64,000 nt of DNA, taken from Selaginella moellendorffii (lineage: Eukaryota > Plantae > Lycopodiophyta). Below, one piece after another: positions 49,151 to 61,327 of this stretch; position 1 is the first letter of the stretch; every line of letters starts with the position of its first letter. The DNA is taken from contig NW_003314288.1 in the NCBI RefSeq assembly GCF_000143415.4, forward strand, positions 1,736,056 to 1,800,055, given 5' to 3'. A program made the position numbers and the translations under genes. The notes beneath the pieces are model-generated. The model searched no databases and was not told the DNA's origin. It saw nothing but the letters and a program-made list of their open reading frames with translations.

Positions 49151-50182
49151 TCCAATCCGAGAAAAGGTGAGAGAGGAAGATCAAAGGATTGTCTACTAAA
49201 AGTATATATTCGATCGAATGGAGAGAGATTTTTTCTTCAATGGATGTGAAGGAAGAACGGGCATGCGTGGATGAATCGTCGGATGGAGCGTTTCGCAAGG
49301 TCTATCGCCTCTACGAGAGAGGTAAGAGCGTCCATTTGCTGTAAGTGAGCAGGTTTTGTGAATTGTTTCTGGCCCACAATCGGAGAAGCTATGGATGGCC
49401 ATTGTCGCATTGTTTGCCACAGCCCACAAGGATGCAGAATTGTTTGCAATGGTGAGCATATCATTATCAGATGAGCAATACATTTCTTGACGGAGTTCCT
49501 TGTCAGCATAAACGAGACATTTCTTGTTACAATCTGTAACAGTGTCTTGATAAGATGAGAATGAAAGCACGTCAGCCAACTTTTGAAGAACAGCTCCCCA
49601 GAATTGATTGACTGTGTAAGTAACTTTGAGGTTCATTTGGTTTGTGGCTAAGCGTTGCCTGTTTTACAGGATCCCACAAACTCAGCCCAGCAGATGCGGT
49701 AACCTTTTCACGAGGACTTATAGGTGTTATCACCGAATTTCAAAGGGATGCGGAAGTCTTCAAACTGGATACTAGGCCTTCCAATCGTGCACGGTTCCTC
49801 GAGTTCATTAACTTCCTTGCTTTTGAATAAGAATATCGTTATCGGAATGCACTCAGCTCAGAGTATCATCGCTTGTCAAGATGGGGATTCCTTGTCAGCA
49901 TGAACAAGGCATTTCTTCGAGGATGAAAGCACGCCAGAAGAACAGGTCCCCAAACTTAATTTACTGTGTAAGTAACCTTGAAGTTTGTAGCTAAGCGTTG
50001 GATTCCACAGACTCAGAAGTGGCAACCTTTCACGGGGATTTGGGTTGCGGAAGTGAAAGATGTTTTGAATTCGGCTCCAGACGACAGGTGGCAAGAAGAG
50101 TTTGATCCAACACGGTTTGTTGACTATAAAGATTGCGCAAACGTGACAATGAAGAGGTAAGCTTCATCCACTCGTGAGAGCT

Positions 50183-51956
50183 ATGAGGACATGGATTCAT
50201 CTTCTTCTTGTGCTCCTCCAGGTTGCATTGGCATTGGCTGCAGACCCTTCGCACCTTGTGCAAGGGCTTCCTGGGCAACCAGAGGTTGGATTTAAGCAGT
50301 ACGCTGGTCAAGTTGAGATAAACGCCACAGCTGGACGTGCACTGTTCTACTGGTTCTATGAAGCAGATCACCCCAATGCATCTTCCTTGCCGTTGGTACT
50401 ATGGCTTAATGGAGGTGTGTTTTTTTGTTCCTTGCAAAGTGATACGCAGCATTTGTAACGTTTGTACGTTTCTGCAGGACCGGGATGTTCATCCATTGGC
50501 GCTGGAGCTCTTGGAGAGACTGGTCCGTTCCGCACGAATGACTCAGGCACTGGGCTTGTTCGCAATCCGTACTCATGGAATCAAGGTTTGTTTTTCTTTC
50601 TTCTCCTAAAACTAGGAGTTTCATCTGCTTGACCCGATTTCATGTGCAGCTGCGAATCTCATATTTTTGGAGGTCCCTTATAATACCGGTTTCTCGTATA
50701 CAAACTTGTATTCTGATGGGGGATTTTACACAGACAATCAAACAGGTACTGTATCACTTGCTTGCGATTTTTACAAAACGTGGTCTTTGGGATGCAGCCA
50801 TCGATTCTTTGCTGTTTCTGCTCGAATTTCTCACAAAATTCCCTGAGTATAGACAGAATGACTTCTTCATTACAGGAGAAAGCTTTGCAGGTATGCATAC
50901 TTGAGTTCAGCAGTGTAAGTTAACACTTGATTGCTTGAAGGACATTTCATACCAACGCTGGCATCGCAAATCCTTTCGCATAATGAGCAAAATGGAAGCC
51001 GTATCAACCTGAAGGGGTTTGCTGTACGTTCACCCTTACACTACACTGCATTGGAAGAAGCTAATTTTCATAATTTCAGATTGGTAATCCTTCCACGGAC
51101 AATGATGACTATGACGCTCCTGGTAACATTGAGTTCTTATACTCGCATTCAGTCATTTCTGAGGAGCTTTACCAAGAATATAAGACCTACTGTGGGAGGG
51201 GGAGGAACGATGACGAAGCATTAGCTAGATGTGGAAATGCTAGCTCCCAGATCTTTGCTTTGACTGGCTACATTGATCGTTACAACATCTATGCACCAAC
51301 ATGCAACTTACTTTCAGGACCGGATGATGAGGCTTGCCTTGATTCTGTGACACCTTACCTCAATCGCCAGGATGTTCAGGTCGCCTTGCACGTCGAGACA
51401 AGACCAGTTCGGTGGCGTTTATGCAAGTAGGCGTTTAATCCAAGACTGGATACTGAAAGCTGATTATCATATTGTTTTTGGCAGCCCGGATATTGACAGG
51501 AGCTACTTGCCACTAGATAAACAGCGTTCAATGCTTCCCGTATACCAGAGTTTGTTCAAGAGTGACTTGAGAATCTGGATTTACAGGTTTGTGAATTACA
51601 TTACAAGACAACAATCTGAAGCACTTTTAACACATGTCATTCATAGTGGGGACTTGGATTCTATTGTTTCGACGCTTTCAACCAGGAGCTGGATCAAAGC
51701 ACTCAATCTCACTATTGTTACTCCATGGTATGCGTGGAACTACACAAATCAGGTAAGCATCAACTAAATCTTGTTGAACGGGAGTATACTAGTTAACTCT
51801 TTTAAACTGCAGGTTGGTGGATGGACTGAAGTGTACTCAGAAATGACATTTGCGACAGTAAGAGGCTCTGGACATCAGCCTCCAGTTGACAAGCCTGGCC
51901 AGGCACTTACCTTGTTCCAACACTTTATCGAAGGCAAGACACTGCCGTCGTTTTAG
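50183..51956 (+). CDS. Serine carboxypeptidase-like protein (S10, clade II-like), copy 1; spliced
   Basis: [18 protein letters not shown]|GPGCSS, GESFAGH, SGDLD, VRGSGHQ. Confidence 0.93.
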
Positions 51957-52309
51957 CTGTAACAAGGGATTGTCAGGAAATAAAACTCAACATTTGTTTA
52001 GTACATTTGAAATTTTATCTCTTGTTGTAGCTTATGCTACTTAAACATGTACCTGTCCAGATTAAGCACAATGAGGTGCTGGCTCTTGGCGTCTGCTGGT
52101 GGACTCGCATTGGGATGGCGGGAAGCTGAGGCCTTCTAATAATGATCTTCTAGTGAATTCGCAACTACTTGTAATCTCCAGATGCTGTCCACCATGTTAC
52201 GAACGACTATATCTTCATAAAATTAGTTGAATCCTGCTACGGTCGTGCAAATGTTGTAAATCAAATGTCAGGTAACTGTTCCTGGTAAGTGATTGTTTAA
52301 TTACTTTAA

Positions 52310-52313
<4 letters not shown>

Positions 52314-52351
<38 letters not shown>
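52314..52351. repeat. (TA)n microsatellite, about 19 units
   Basis: Read directly from the sequence. Confidence 0.97.
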
Positions 52352-52356
<5 letters not shown>

Positions 52357-53064
52357 GGCTTTGTTTATACTGATTTTCAGGCTATGATGATTGATAACTG
52401 TGTGTATGACATCTGCAATGAACAATATTTATCAATACAACAATGAAGATCTGTGACTTCAAGATCTTTGAGTGCATGCACTCAATTATTTTAGAGTGTT
52501 GATGTGTACTTGTAATTGCTCTTGCAGCCTTGCTTATTTGCTTATTGCATAGTGTTACCCTAGCGCCTTCGTTTCTCTCAATCATCAGATAGTACTCTTC
52601 GTAGTTTTGACACAGCCGGCGCCTTCATCTGGCAGCTTCCAGCCGTAAGAGCGTCCATTTGCTGTAAGCGAGTAGGTTTTCCATTGTTTGCCACAGCCCC
52701 GGGCAAGGATGCAGAATTGGTGAGAATATCGTTATCGGAATGCACTCAGCTCAGAGTAACATCGCTTGTCAAGATGTTGTCAGCATGAACAAGGCATTTC
52801 TTCGAGGATGAAAGCACGTCAGAAGAACAGGTCCCCAAACTTAATTTACTGTGTAAGTAACCTTGAAGTTTGTAGCTAAGCGTTGGATTCCACAGACTCA
52901 GAAGTGGCAACCTTGCACGAGGATTTGGGCTGCGGAAGTCTCCAAATTTGAAAGATGTTTTGAATTCGGCTCCAGACGACAGGTTGATCCAACACGGTTT
53001 GTTGACTATAAGAATTGCGCAAACGTGACAATGAAGGGGTAAGCTTCATCCACTCGTGAGAGCT

Positions 53065-54836
53065 ATGAGGACATGGATTCATCTTCTTCTTGTGCTCCTC
53101 CAGGTTGCATTGGCATTGGCTGCAGACCCTTCGCACCTTGTGCAAGGGCTTCCTGGGCAACCAGAAGTTGGATTTAAGCAGTACGCTGGTCAAATTGAGA
53201 TAAACGCCACAGCTGGACGTGCGCTGTTCTACTGGTTCTTCGAAGCAGATCACCCAAATGCGTCTTCCTTGCCGTTGGTATTATGGCTCACTGGAGGTGC
53301 TTCTTTGATCCTTGCAAAATGATACGCAGCATTTGTAATATTTGTACGTTTCTGCAGGACCGGGATGTTCATCCATTGGCGCTGGAGCTCTTGGAGAGAC
53401 TGGTCCATTCAGCACAAATGACTCAGGCACTGGGCTCGTTCGCAATCCATACTCTTGGAATAAAGGTTTTTTCTTCTCCTAGATCCTAGGAGTTTCATCT
53501 GCTTGATCCGATTTCATGTGCAGCGGTGAATCTCATCTGTTTGGAGATCCCTTATAATACCGGTTTCTCATATACAAACTTGCTTTCTGATGGGGGAAAT
53601 TACACAGACGATCAAACAGGTACTATACCACTTGCTTGTGGTTCTCAACTTCTCATAAAACGTGTTTGGGATGCAGCCAGCGATACTTTGCTGTTTCTGC
53701 TCGAATTTCTCACAAAGTTCCCTGAGTATAAACAGAATGACTTCTTCATTGCTGGAGAAAGCTTTGCAGGTATGCATACTTGAGGTTTGCACAGTACGTA
53801 ACACTTGATTCCCTGAAGGACATTACATACCAACGTTGGCATCGCAAATCATTTCACATAATGAGCAAAATGGAAATCGTATCAACCTGAAGGGGTTTGC
53901 TGTACGTTCACTCTTACACTACACACTACATTGAAAGAAGCTAATTTTCATACATTCAGATTGGTAATCCTTCCACGGACGTCGACTATGACGGTCCTGG
54001 TAACATTGAGAACTTGTACTCGCATTCAATCATTTCTGAGGAGCTTTACCAAGAAGAGAAGACCTACTGTAGGAGGAATGATGACGAATCAATAGCGAGA
54101 TGTAGAAATGTCACCTCCCAGATCCAGAACCTGATTGCCTACATTACTCCTTACAACATCTATGCACCAGCATGCAACTTACTTTCCGGACCAGATGACG
54201 AGGCTTGCCTTGATTCTGTGACACCTTATCTCAACCGCCAGGATGTTCAAGCCGCCTTGCACGTCGAGAGGAGACCAGTTCGGTGGCAGTTCTGCAAGTA
54301 AGCGTTTAGTGCAAAACTGGATATTGAAAGCTTTGATTTTGAAATTGTTTTTTGCAGCCCGGATGTTGACAGGAACTACTCGACACTAGATAGAGAGCGT
54401 TCAATGCTCCCCGTATACCAACATTTGTTCAAGAGTGGCTTGAGAATCTGGATTTACAGGTCTGTGAGTTACAATACAACAATCTGAAGTGCTTATAGCT
54501 TATAACACACGTGTAAAACACAGCGGGGATTTGGATGCTGTCGTTTCAACGCTGTCAACCAGGAGCTGGATCAAAGCACTCAATCTCACTGTTGTTACTC
54601 CATGGTATGGGTGGAACTACACAAATCAGGTAAGCGTCAACTAAATTTTGTTGAGTGCCTGGAGTATACTAGACAACTCTTTTAAACTGCAGGTTGGTGG
54701 ATGGACAGAAGTGTACTCAGAAATGACATTTGCGACAGTAAGAGGTGCTGGACATCAGCCTCCATTTGACAAACCTGGCGAGTCACTTACCTTGTTCCAA
54801 CACTTTATCGAAGGCAAGGCACTGCCATCGTTTTAG
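53065..54836 (+). CDS. Serine carboxypeptidase-like protein, copy 2; spliced
   Basis: Paralog of copy 1 with the same exon structure; GESFAGH, SGDLD, VRGAGHQ. Confidence 0.93.
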
Positions 54837-55023
54837 TTGTAACAAGTGATCGTCAAGAAATAAAACTCAACAAGTATATGTGAAATTTATCTTTTGCTCT
54901 AGCTTATATTACTTGAACATGTTATTCAGGGGTTTAAGTCGGAATATCAAATTCTTTTTCAGTTCACATTGTAAAGTTGTGAGAAGCTTCAAATTCATTT
55001 TTATTTGATGGTTTACCAAGTCG

Positions 55024-55941
55024 GTGGTGACCGATCACGAGCCTGGAGCTGACAGCCCTTCTCGCCCATTCGCGAGAGATCCCACTCTGGGGATAGATAT
55101 CGTGCTAGACGCTGTGTTTCGAGGATCATCACATCAACTCACGAGATTCTTTAGCGGTTTCTTTGTCACGCCGCCCTTTCGATCGATGGAGGGCGGTCAC
55201 ATCCAGATCGCGCTCTCGGCCAGCTATGTATCAGCCGATCATGGTAGTGTTCTTGGTTGTCTTGGCGCTTTCGTCACTCCAAACTCCTTCCGCGGCACTG
55301 GATTCGATTGCGCGGCTCGGGCTTTAGTGGCGAGCGAGGATTTCTCGTGCTTCGAGGCCGCCAGCGCCGAGAGTGATGGATCCTTCTTCCTGCCTTGCTC
55401 TCCCGGCGAAGTTCCCGCCTCGTGGCCTTTCGTGGTGGCGTTCTCGTATCCTTCCATGGTGGAGCTCTTGAGCATGGCGAGCGAGGAGCTGGTGCTTGGC
55501 ACCGCGGGGCACGGCGTGTGGGAGCGCTACCGCGAGGTGGCGACGAAGAAGATGGACATCGCCACCAAGGAGGAGCTCTTTGATCGGCTCAAGGAAACGT
55601 TCGCGGACTTTAGAACCGGAGAGCTCCTGTGCTCGCCGGGGTGTTTGGAGAGCTCGGCCGGATCGAGGCTGGAGATCAGTGCCTCGGTTCTGGATGGTAG
55701 CAGCGGAGGTCCGATCGTTCCTGCAAATCTTCCAGAATGCTTTGTTGGTGTTCTCAGCGGTGGAGGCAAGGAGGACGTGAACCTTGCGACGTCGACAGAC
55801 TCCATGGAATTCGTGGAGGCATATGAAAGATTTGTGCTGCCTCATCTTCCACCGAAAGGATCCATCGCGTGGAAGAATCGCGACGTTGCTGCGTTTGAGA
55901 GATGGCACAACTTAGATTGGAAAAAGAGCTCTAGCTTGTAA
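55024..55941 (+). CDS. Orphan ORF with trypsin-like serine-protease motif GSSGGP; start uncertain
   Basis: 305-codon open frame with GC-rich coding-like composition; FSGFFV, SPG, GSSGGPIV, FVGVLSGG. Confidence 0.5.
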   Translation: MVTDHEPGADSPSRPFARDPTLGIDIVLDAVFRGSSHQLTRFFSGFFVTPPFRSMEGGHIQIALSASYVSADHGSVLGCLGAFVTPNSFRGTGFDCAARALVASEDFSCFEAASAESDGSFFLPCSPGEVPASWPFVVAFSYPSMVELLSMASEELVLGTAGHGVWERYREVATKKMDIATKEELFDRLKETFADFRTGELLCSPGCLESSAGSRLEISASVLDGSSGGPIVPANLPECFVGVLSGGGKEDVNLATSTDSMEFVEAYERFVLPHLPPKGSIAWKNRDVAAFERWHNLDWKKSSSL

Positions 55942-56102
55942 ACCAAAGCATTTGATTCCTCAAACTTAGAACACAAACAACTTCCATAACTTTCTTTCAG
56001 TTCCCAAGAAACATTGCAAAGCATTCGATTCTTCCACTCCGGATATCAAAAACACAAGAACAATATCAAAACAACGAAGAACTTCCATGCCTGTTCTTTC
56101 TC

Positions 56103-57894
56103 TCATTTCTCCAGAAGCATTGCTCGGACGCGAGTGGGAAGGCCATACAAGCGGATGAATCCGGCAGCGTCACCCTGGTTGTAGATCCCACTGCCCTCCT
56201 CGAACGAAGATATGTCCTGCCTGTAGAGGCTGAACGGGCTGGTCCGGCTGGCCACCACCGCCGACCCCTTGAACAGCTTGAGCTTGACACTGCCGCTCGT
56301 CGTCTCCGTCACCTTCTCCATGAAGGCGTCCAGCGACTCCCGGAGAGGATCAAACCATCGCCCTGCGTACACCAGCTCCGCGTACTTGAGCGCCATCGTG
56401 TCTTTCATCTGCATCGTCTCGCGATCCAGCGTGAGCGACTCCAGCTCCCGCGCTGCTAGGCTCAGGATGGTTCCACCGGGTGTCTCGTACACTCCGCGGC
56501 TCTTCATGCCGACGAGCCTGTTCTCCACCATGTCCACTCTCCCGATGCCGTGCCTGGCTCCGGCATCGTTGAGCGCTTCCAGGAGTTTGGCGGGGGACAG
56601 AGCCTTGCCGTTCACCGTGACTGGCAGGCCTCTCTCGAAACTGATCTCCAGGTACCTGGGACGAAGAGCTTTCTTTCAGTGAAGGAGACTGAGGGAGAGC
56701 TTACTCTGGCGTATCAGGAGCTTTCTCTGGATTTGTAGTCATGACAAACATGTCCTCCTTGGGTTCGTTCGCGGGGTCCTCGAGAATGTCTCCCTGGAAA
56801 AGAGGTCGCTCGTCGTTAAGTCACGCAACAAAAAGGAGATTTGCGATACCTCATGACTAATGTGCCAGAGATTGCGGTCTCGGCTGTAGATAGATTTCTT
56901 CGTCACGGGCACTGGTACGTTGTGCTTCTTTGCATACTCTATGGCGTCTTCGCGGCCTTTTATGTCCCATTCTCTCCAGGGCGCAACAACAGCTAGCTTC
57001 GGGTTCAATGCGAAGAACGTTAGCTCGAATCTCACCTACAGAAACACGAGGAAACGACTTCTCATGTATACGAAGAGAGGACAAAAAAGAAAAACGAAAC
57101 TTTGTTACCTGATCGTTTCCTTTCCCTGTGCAACCGTGAGAAACGGCATCAGCTCCAACTTCCTTTGCAGCATCAACCATGGCCTGCACAAAAACCAGCA
57201 CGAGCTCAATGACCATACAGCAGTTCCTCACTTTCACAAACTTGCCTTTGCAATTACAGGGCGAGCCATCGAAGTTCCAAGCAGATACTTCCTCTCGTAC
57301 ACGGCACCAGCTCGCAAGCAAGGGAAGATAAAGTCTTTCACAAACTCTTCTTTCAAGTCCTTGATGATCAGCTGGCTTGCACCGCTTGCCTTCGCTTTAG
57401 CTTCCAACCCTTCGAGCTCGCCCAGGCCCTGGAAATAGCAGAACAGAGATGGCAAGGAAGAAAAAAAGAAATGCTAAGAACCGGCAGAAAATGAAAACAC
57501 GAGATTGGCTTACTTGCCCAACATCAGCTGTGAAACACACAACCTCGCAGCCATAGTTCTCCCTGATCCAGAAAAACAAAGCCAAAACTCTCAATAAAGA
57601 AGAAATCGCTGCATGAGATCCAAATTACCTCAGCCACGGCACGATCACGGACGTGTCCAAGCCCCCACTGTACGCTAGAACCACCTTGTTGAGCTTCTGC
57701 CGGATCGCTGGAGCGCTAGAATGCGCCTGCTCGCTGGCGATTGCTGCTACATTCCCGGACGAGGAGCAAGCCATCGCCGCCACTCTACTCGCTCTCGAGA
57801 TCGGGATCCTCACAGCCAAGTGCGCCGCCCTAGATCGATCCCCCGAGATCAGAGCTACAGCAATGCTGCGGGACGAGGGAGCCAGAGCCGCCAT
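56103..57894 (-). CDS. argG: Argininosuccinate synthase, chloroplast; spliced
   Basis: [70 protein letters not shown]. Confidence 0.97.
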
Positions 57895-58005
57895 TCCATA
57901 AACCCTAATGGAGGATCATACTATACTTTAAACCATTACACATGCTTTAAAAAGTAAAAGTATTTCCAGTCAAATACTTATACCATGGTGATATTTACAC
58001 GTAAA

Positions 58006-58086
58006 GTCAGGATGGCCGAGTTGGTCTAAGGCGCTAGTTTCAGGTACTAGTCCGCAAGGGCATGGGTTCGAATCCCATTCCTGACA
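58006..58086 (+). tRNA. tRNA-Leu(CAG)
   Basis: Acceptor stem GTCAGGA/TCCTGAC, anticodon arm CTAGT-TTCAGGT-ACTAG, long variable arm, GGTTCGAATCC, T6 terminator at 58092-58097. Confidence 0.96.
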
Positions 58087-58099
58087 AAATATTTTTTCT

Positions 58100-59846
58100 T
58101 CATGTGAACTTCCAGAGTTCGGAAAAATCGACGTCCTCGTCTCCCACGGGTTGGAGCTCCTCCTGTTCTTGCGATGGTTTTAATTTCTTGAGTGGCGGCT
58201 GGAACGAATCGGCTGTGCTCGTCGTGGTACCCGAGGCTTGGTGGATCTGATCGTCGCAAGTTTGACGGTGTTTGCGCTGTTCTTGTTCTTGAGGACCGGG
58301 CGAGGGCTCGTCCGAATTCTTGTGACACGATCGCGTCGCCTCCTCCGTCTTGCTGTACATTCTCTCGAGGTATCTTCCGTGGTCCTCGATCTTCTTCTGC
58401 AAATCTCTTTGAATCTGCCAAGGTTTACGAGCAATTCGATAAGACCACGAGAAATTTGTGCAGAGAACCTCGAGCTGTTCGTGGAGTCGCTTTTGGACTT
58501 CGAGCTGCAAGCGCAGTGTCTCGGTGATCTGCAGCCCACTGAGAAAGAGAGAAACAAGTTAAAGTAAAAAAAAGTGAAAAGAGTTTTCAAAGAGTTTTCC
58601 TAGTCGAGTAATCTCACGTCTACGTATAACGTACGTTTCTACGTTCAATGATGGGAGCTCCAGCGAACATTGCTTAGATTGCTGCTGTTTTGCTGTGGGC
58701 CAAAAACGCACAAAATATTGGACCATCCGAAAGGAAAAAAAAACAGAAGAAAGAAAAAAAACAGTTGATCATTCGTACCAACGGGGCTGGGTGGAAGATC
58801 TTTGACTAGCCTGTACTTCTGTAAAAAAATATTTTAAATTAAAAAGTATAAATAGAAGCGAATCCGAAAGTTCTCTTACAATAAAATCAAAAACAGGAAA
58901 AACCCAATAAAACCAAAAAACAAAAACCAAACAAACAAAAACAAAAAAAAAAAACAGAGAAAAGCTGACCTGGAGATGACTCTTTACGTGAAGAATGTTG
59001 ACCCCGTCCACGCTCGAGTACGTATTCATGACCCTTAGAATACACTTTGGTGTGGCATCTGTGCGGGGTCATGTCGAAAACGATTGACAGTCGTAAGATT
59101 CTCGCCCAGCACCAAAGAGAAAACAATTGGGGAGAGGAGCTTACTTTCGGCACCACCCAGTTCTTCCACTGCTCGTACGAATCGCTCGTGTAGCTCCGGT
59201 GTCCATCGCATTCGCGGCTTTGGAACCGGCGAGATGATCGAGCATGGCTGCTGCTGCTGCTGCTGCTGCGAGATTTGCGAGATTCGCGAGCTCTGCGCGG
59301 CCGGCACCATGCCATGGAAATCGAAGTTCCTGGATTGATACACGGCCGTCTGATATATAAACTTATCATACGTGGACTTTGAGAAAGAGCTGCAAAGCTG
59401 TGGCGTGATTTACCTGGTGATAGCTCGACTGATCGGTGTGTCCTGGGGCTCCCACTATCTCATTCCATATGGATTCGTCGTCCTGGAGCAGCCCGGGGAA
59501 TTGCTGATCGGGCGCTTCACTGTCATCGAGGAGGATTCTCCGATCTAGGCTCGGCCTGCCTGTGCAGAGGAGAGAAGCTTACTTCCTCCATGCTCGAGCA
59601 AAGCCGGGGATTCTTCCGGGAGGGATGGATGGATCGATTGTGCGTACCTGGCGGTGAACAGCTCTGGTGGAACTGCTGGAATTGAAAGTTGCTGTAGTGA
59701 GGAGGATCGCCCATGCCCGGCTGCGCGGGCATCCGGTACTGCGGCTTCATCTCCGGCGGCGTGACGAAGCGAGATCGCGAGACGCTAAACGAGGCCTCGT
59801 CTTGGAATGGCTGGTGCTGGAGACGGCGATGATCCTGCTCAACCAT
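58100..59846 (-). CDS. GARP/MYB-CC (PHR1-like) transcription factor; spliced
   Basis: KPRMRWTPELHERFV.AV..LGG, HVKSHLQ|KYRL, QLEVQKRLHEQLE|IQR.LQ..IE.HGRYL; start inferred. Confidence 0.88.
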
Positions 59847-60369
59847 CACGCCCGAAGCTGGAAAACTTGGCGCGGAGGAGAAATTCTACACGAGCGCTCT
59901 TAAATCCCCTCGAGAATGATGACAGGAGAGAATCCTCTGGGGGAAGCGAAGAGCCATCCGCGAGAGCAACGTCCAAGGGAGTGTCTTCGCGCAGTCCGCC
60001 CACAGCTAATAGGCGTTGACGGGCACGTGGCGCGCCCGGGGCCGTCGGATGGCGCTGACGAGGAGAGAGAAGAGAACACGCACTTGATCCTGTTCGAAAA
60101 CTATTCACGAAACATACACAAACACACGATAGATCCTTTCGGGCCCAGGGCATGGTTTATGGCCAACAATAATGTATCCAATTGTGCGCCCTCCATCAAA
60201 AGCGTCGTCAATCAATCATCTGATGTCCCTGTCGTGTCAAGCTGCGAGCTGAGCAAACAAATTTCTCCAAATTGCGCACCTTTGCCCCCTTGTCTCGCGG
60301 GAATTAGGGCTCTCGTACGGCAGAGCCTTAACTCCCCGCTTCCGTACGAGGCCCCGGATCCGGATCTGG

Positions 60370-60462
60370 GCCGTCGGATTTCGCCTGGATCCGACGGCGG
60401 CAGGGCTCGATCCCAGTCGAGGGGAGCGCTGCCTCCTGATTGGCTCCCCGGTTTCCTATATA
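60370..60462 (+). promoter_or_regulatory. H2A promoter: inverted CCGTCGGAT elements, reverse CCAAT box and TATA
   Basis: GCCGTCGGAT...ATCCGACGGC at 60370-60398, gattgg at about 60438, ctatata at about 60456. Confidence 0.5.
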
Positions 60463-60535
60463 GACTTTGAGGAGCGCCCAGGGGAATTCACTCCCAAGAA
60501 GGAAACGATCGATTCGAGAGCGCGTAGGGTTTGCC

Positions 60536-61085
60536 ATGGCTGCTGGAGGAGGAGGTCGGGGTAAATCCGCCGGGAAGAAGGCTACTTCGAGGAGTTCCAA
60601 GGCCGGATTGCAGTTTCCAGTGGGTAGGATCGCCAGATTTCTCAAGGCGGGCAAGTATGCCGAGCGTGTTGGTGCTGGAGCGCCAGTCTATCTCGCCGCG
60701 GTTCTCGAGTACTTGGCGGCAGAGGTGAGTGAAATCTCTCGTGTTCTCCCCTCCCTATTTCATTCTTTTCCATGTCTCGAATCAATCGCGCTGAAATTCT
60801 TCCCTGTTTCATTCTTTTGAATCAATCGTGCTGATTGGGTCACTCCATCTCCATCTCCAGGTGCTCGAATTGGCCGGGAATGCGGCCAGGGATAACAAGA
60901 AGAACAGGATTGTTCCACGGCATATCCAGCTCGCCGTGAGGAACGACGAAGAACTCTCCAAGCTCTTGGGCAGCGTCACTATTGCTGCTGGCGGCGTGCT
61001 GCCCAACATCCACAATGTCTTGCTACCGAAGAAGACTGGCACTGGGAGCTCCAAGAAGGACGCCGCCGGAGACGAGAGCCCCTAA
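60536..61085 (+). CDS. H2A: Histone H2A, canonical type (intron 60725-60860)
   Basis: [32 protein letters not shown]|[22 protein letters not shown]; no SQEF or KSPKK tail. Confidence 0.97.
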
Positions 61086-61327
61086 ATCGATGGGAAGTTC
61101 GATCGATTCGGTCGAACTGGCACGAAGAACCCTAAAAATTCTCTTCACGTGTACATTAACTTGTACGGTAGGAAATGCCGTAATTATTCTCCGTCCCTGT
61201 CTGACGCGTCTTGGAAATCTGACGTGGAATGCTGACTGCGCATCTCCTTTGTTCTTATGCCATTTCCAGAGCTCTTTGCTCTGCCGATTTGATTCGAGGT
61301 TGCGTTTGCTTCTCTTTTGGCTCTGCT

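Larger units (their letters stand above)
49320..54920. repeat. Tandem segmental duplication (about 49320-52050 versus 52645-54920) containing the SCPL pair
   Basis: Near-identical upstream, coding and intron sequence, e.g. gaatatcgttatcggaatgcactcagctcagagt at 49831 and about 52724. Confidence 0.9.

Noticed and set aside
40316-54836. GH38 + GH116 + SCPL as a metabolic gene cluster
   Set aside because: Housekeeping hydrolases with no shared pathway or scaffold-forming enzyme; adjacency is plausible by chance in a dense genome
61040-61085. H2A.X or H2A.W variant assignment
   Set aside because: The tail ends GDESP, lacking both SQEF and KSPKK motifs
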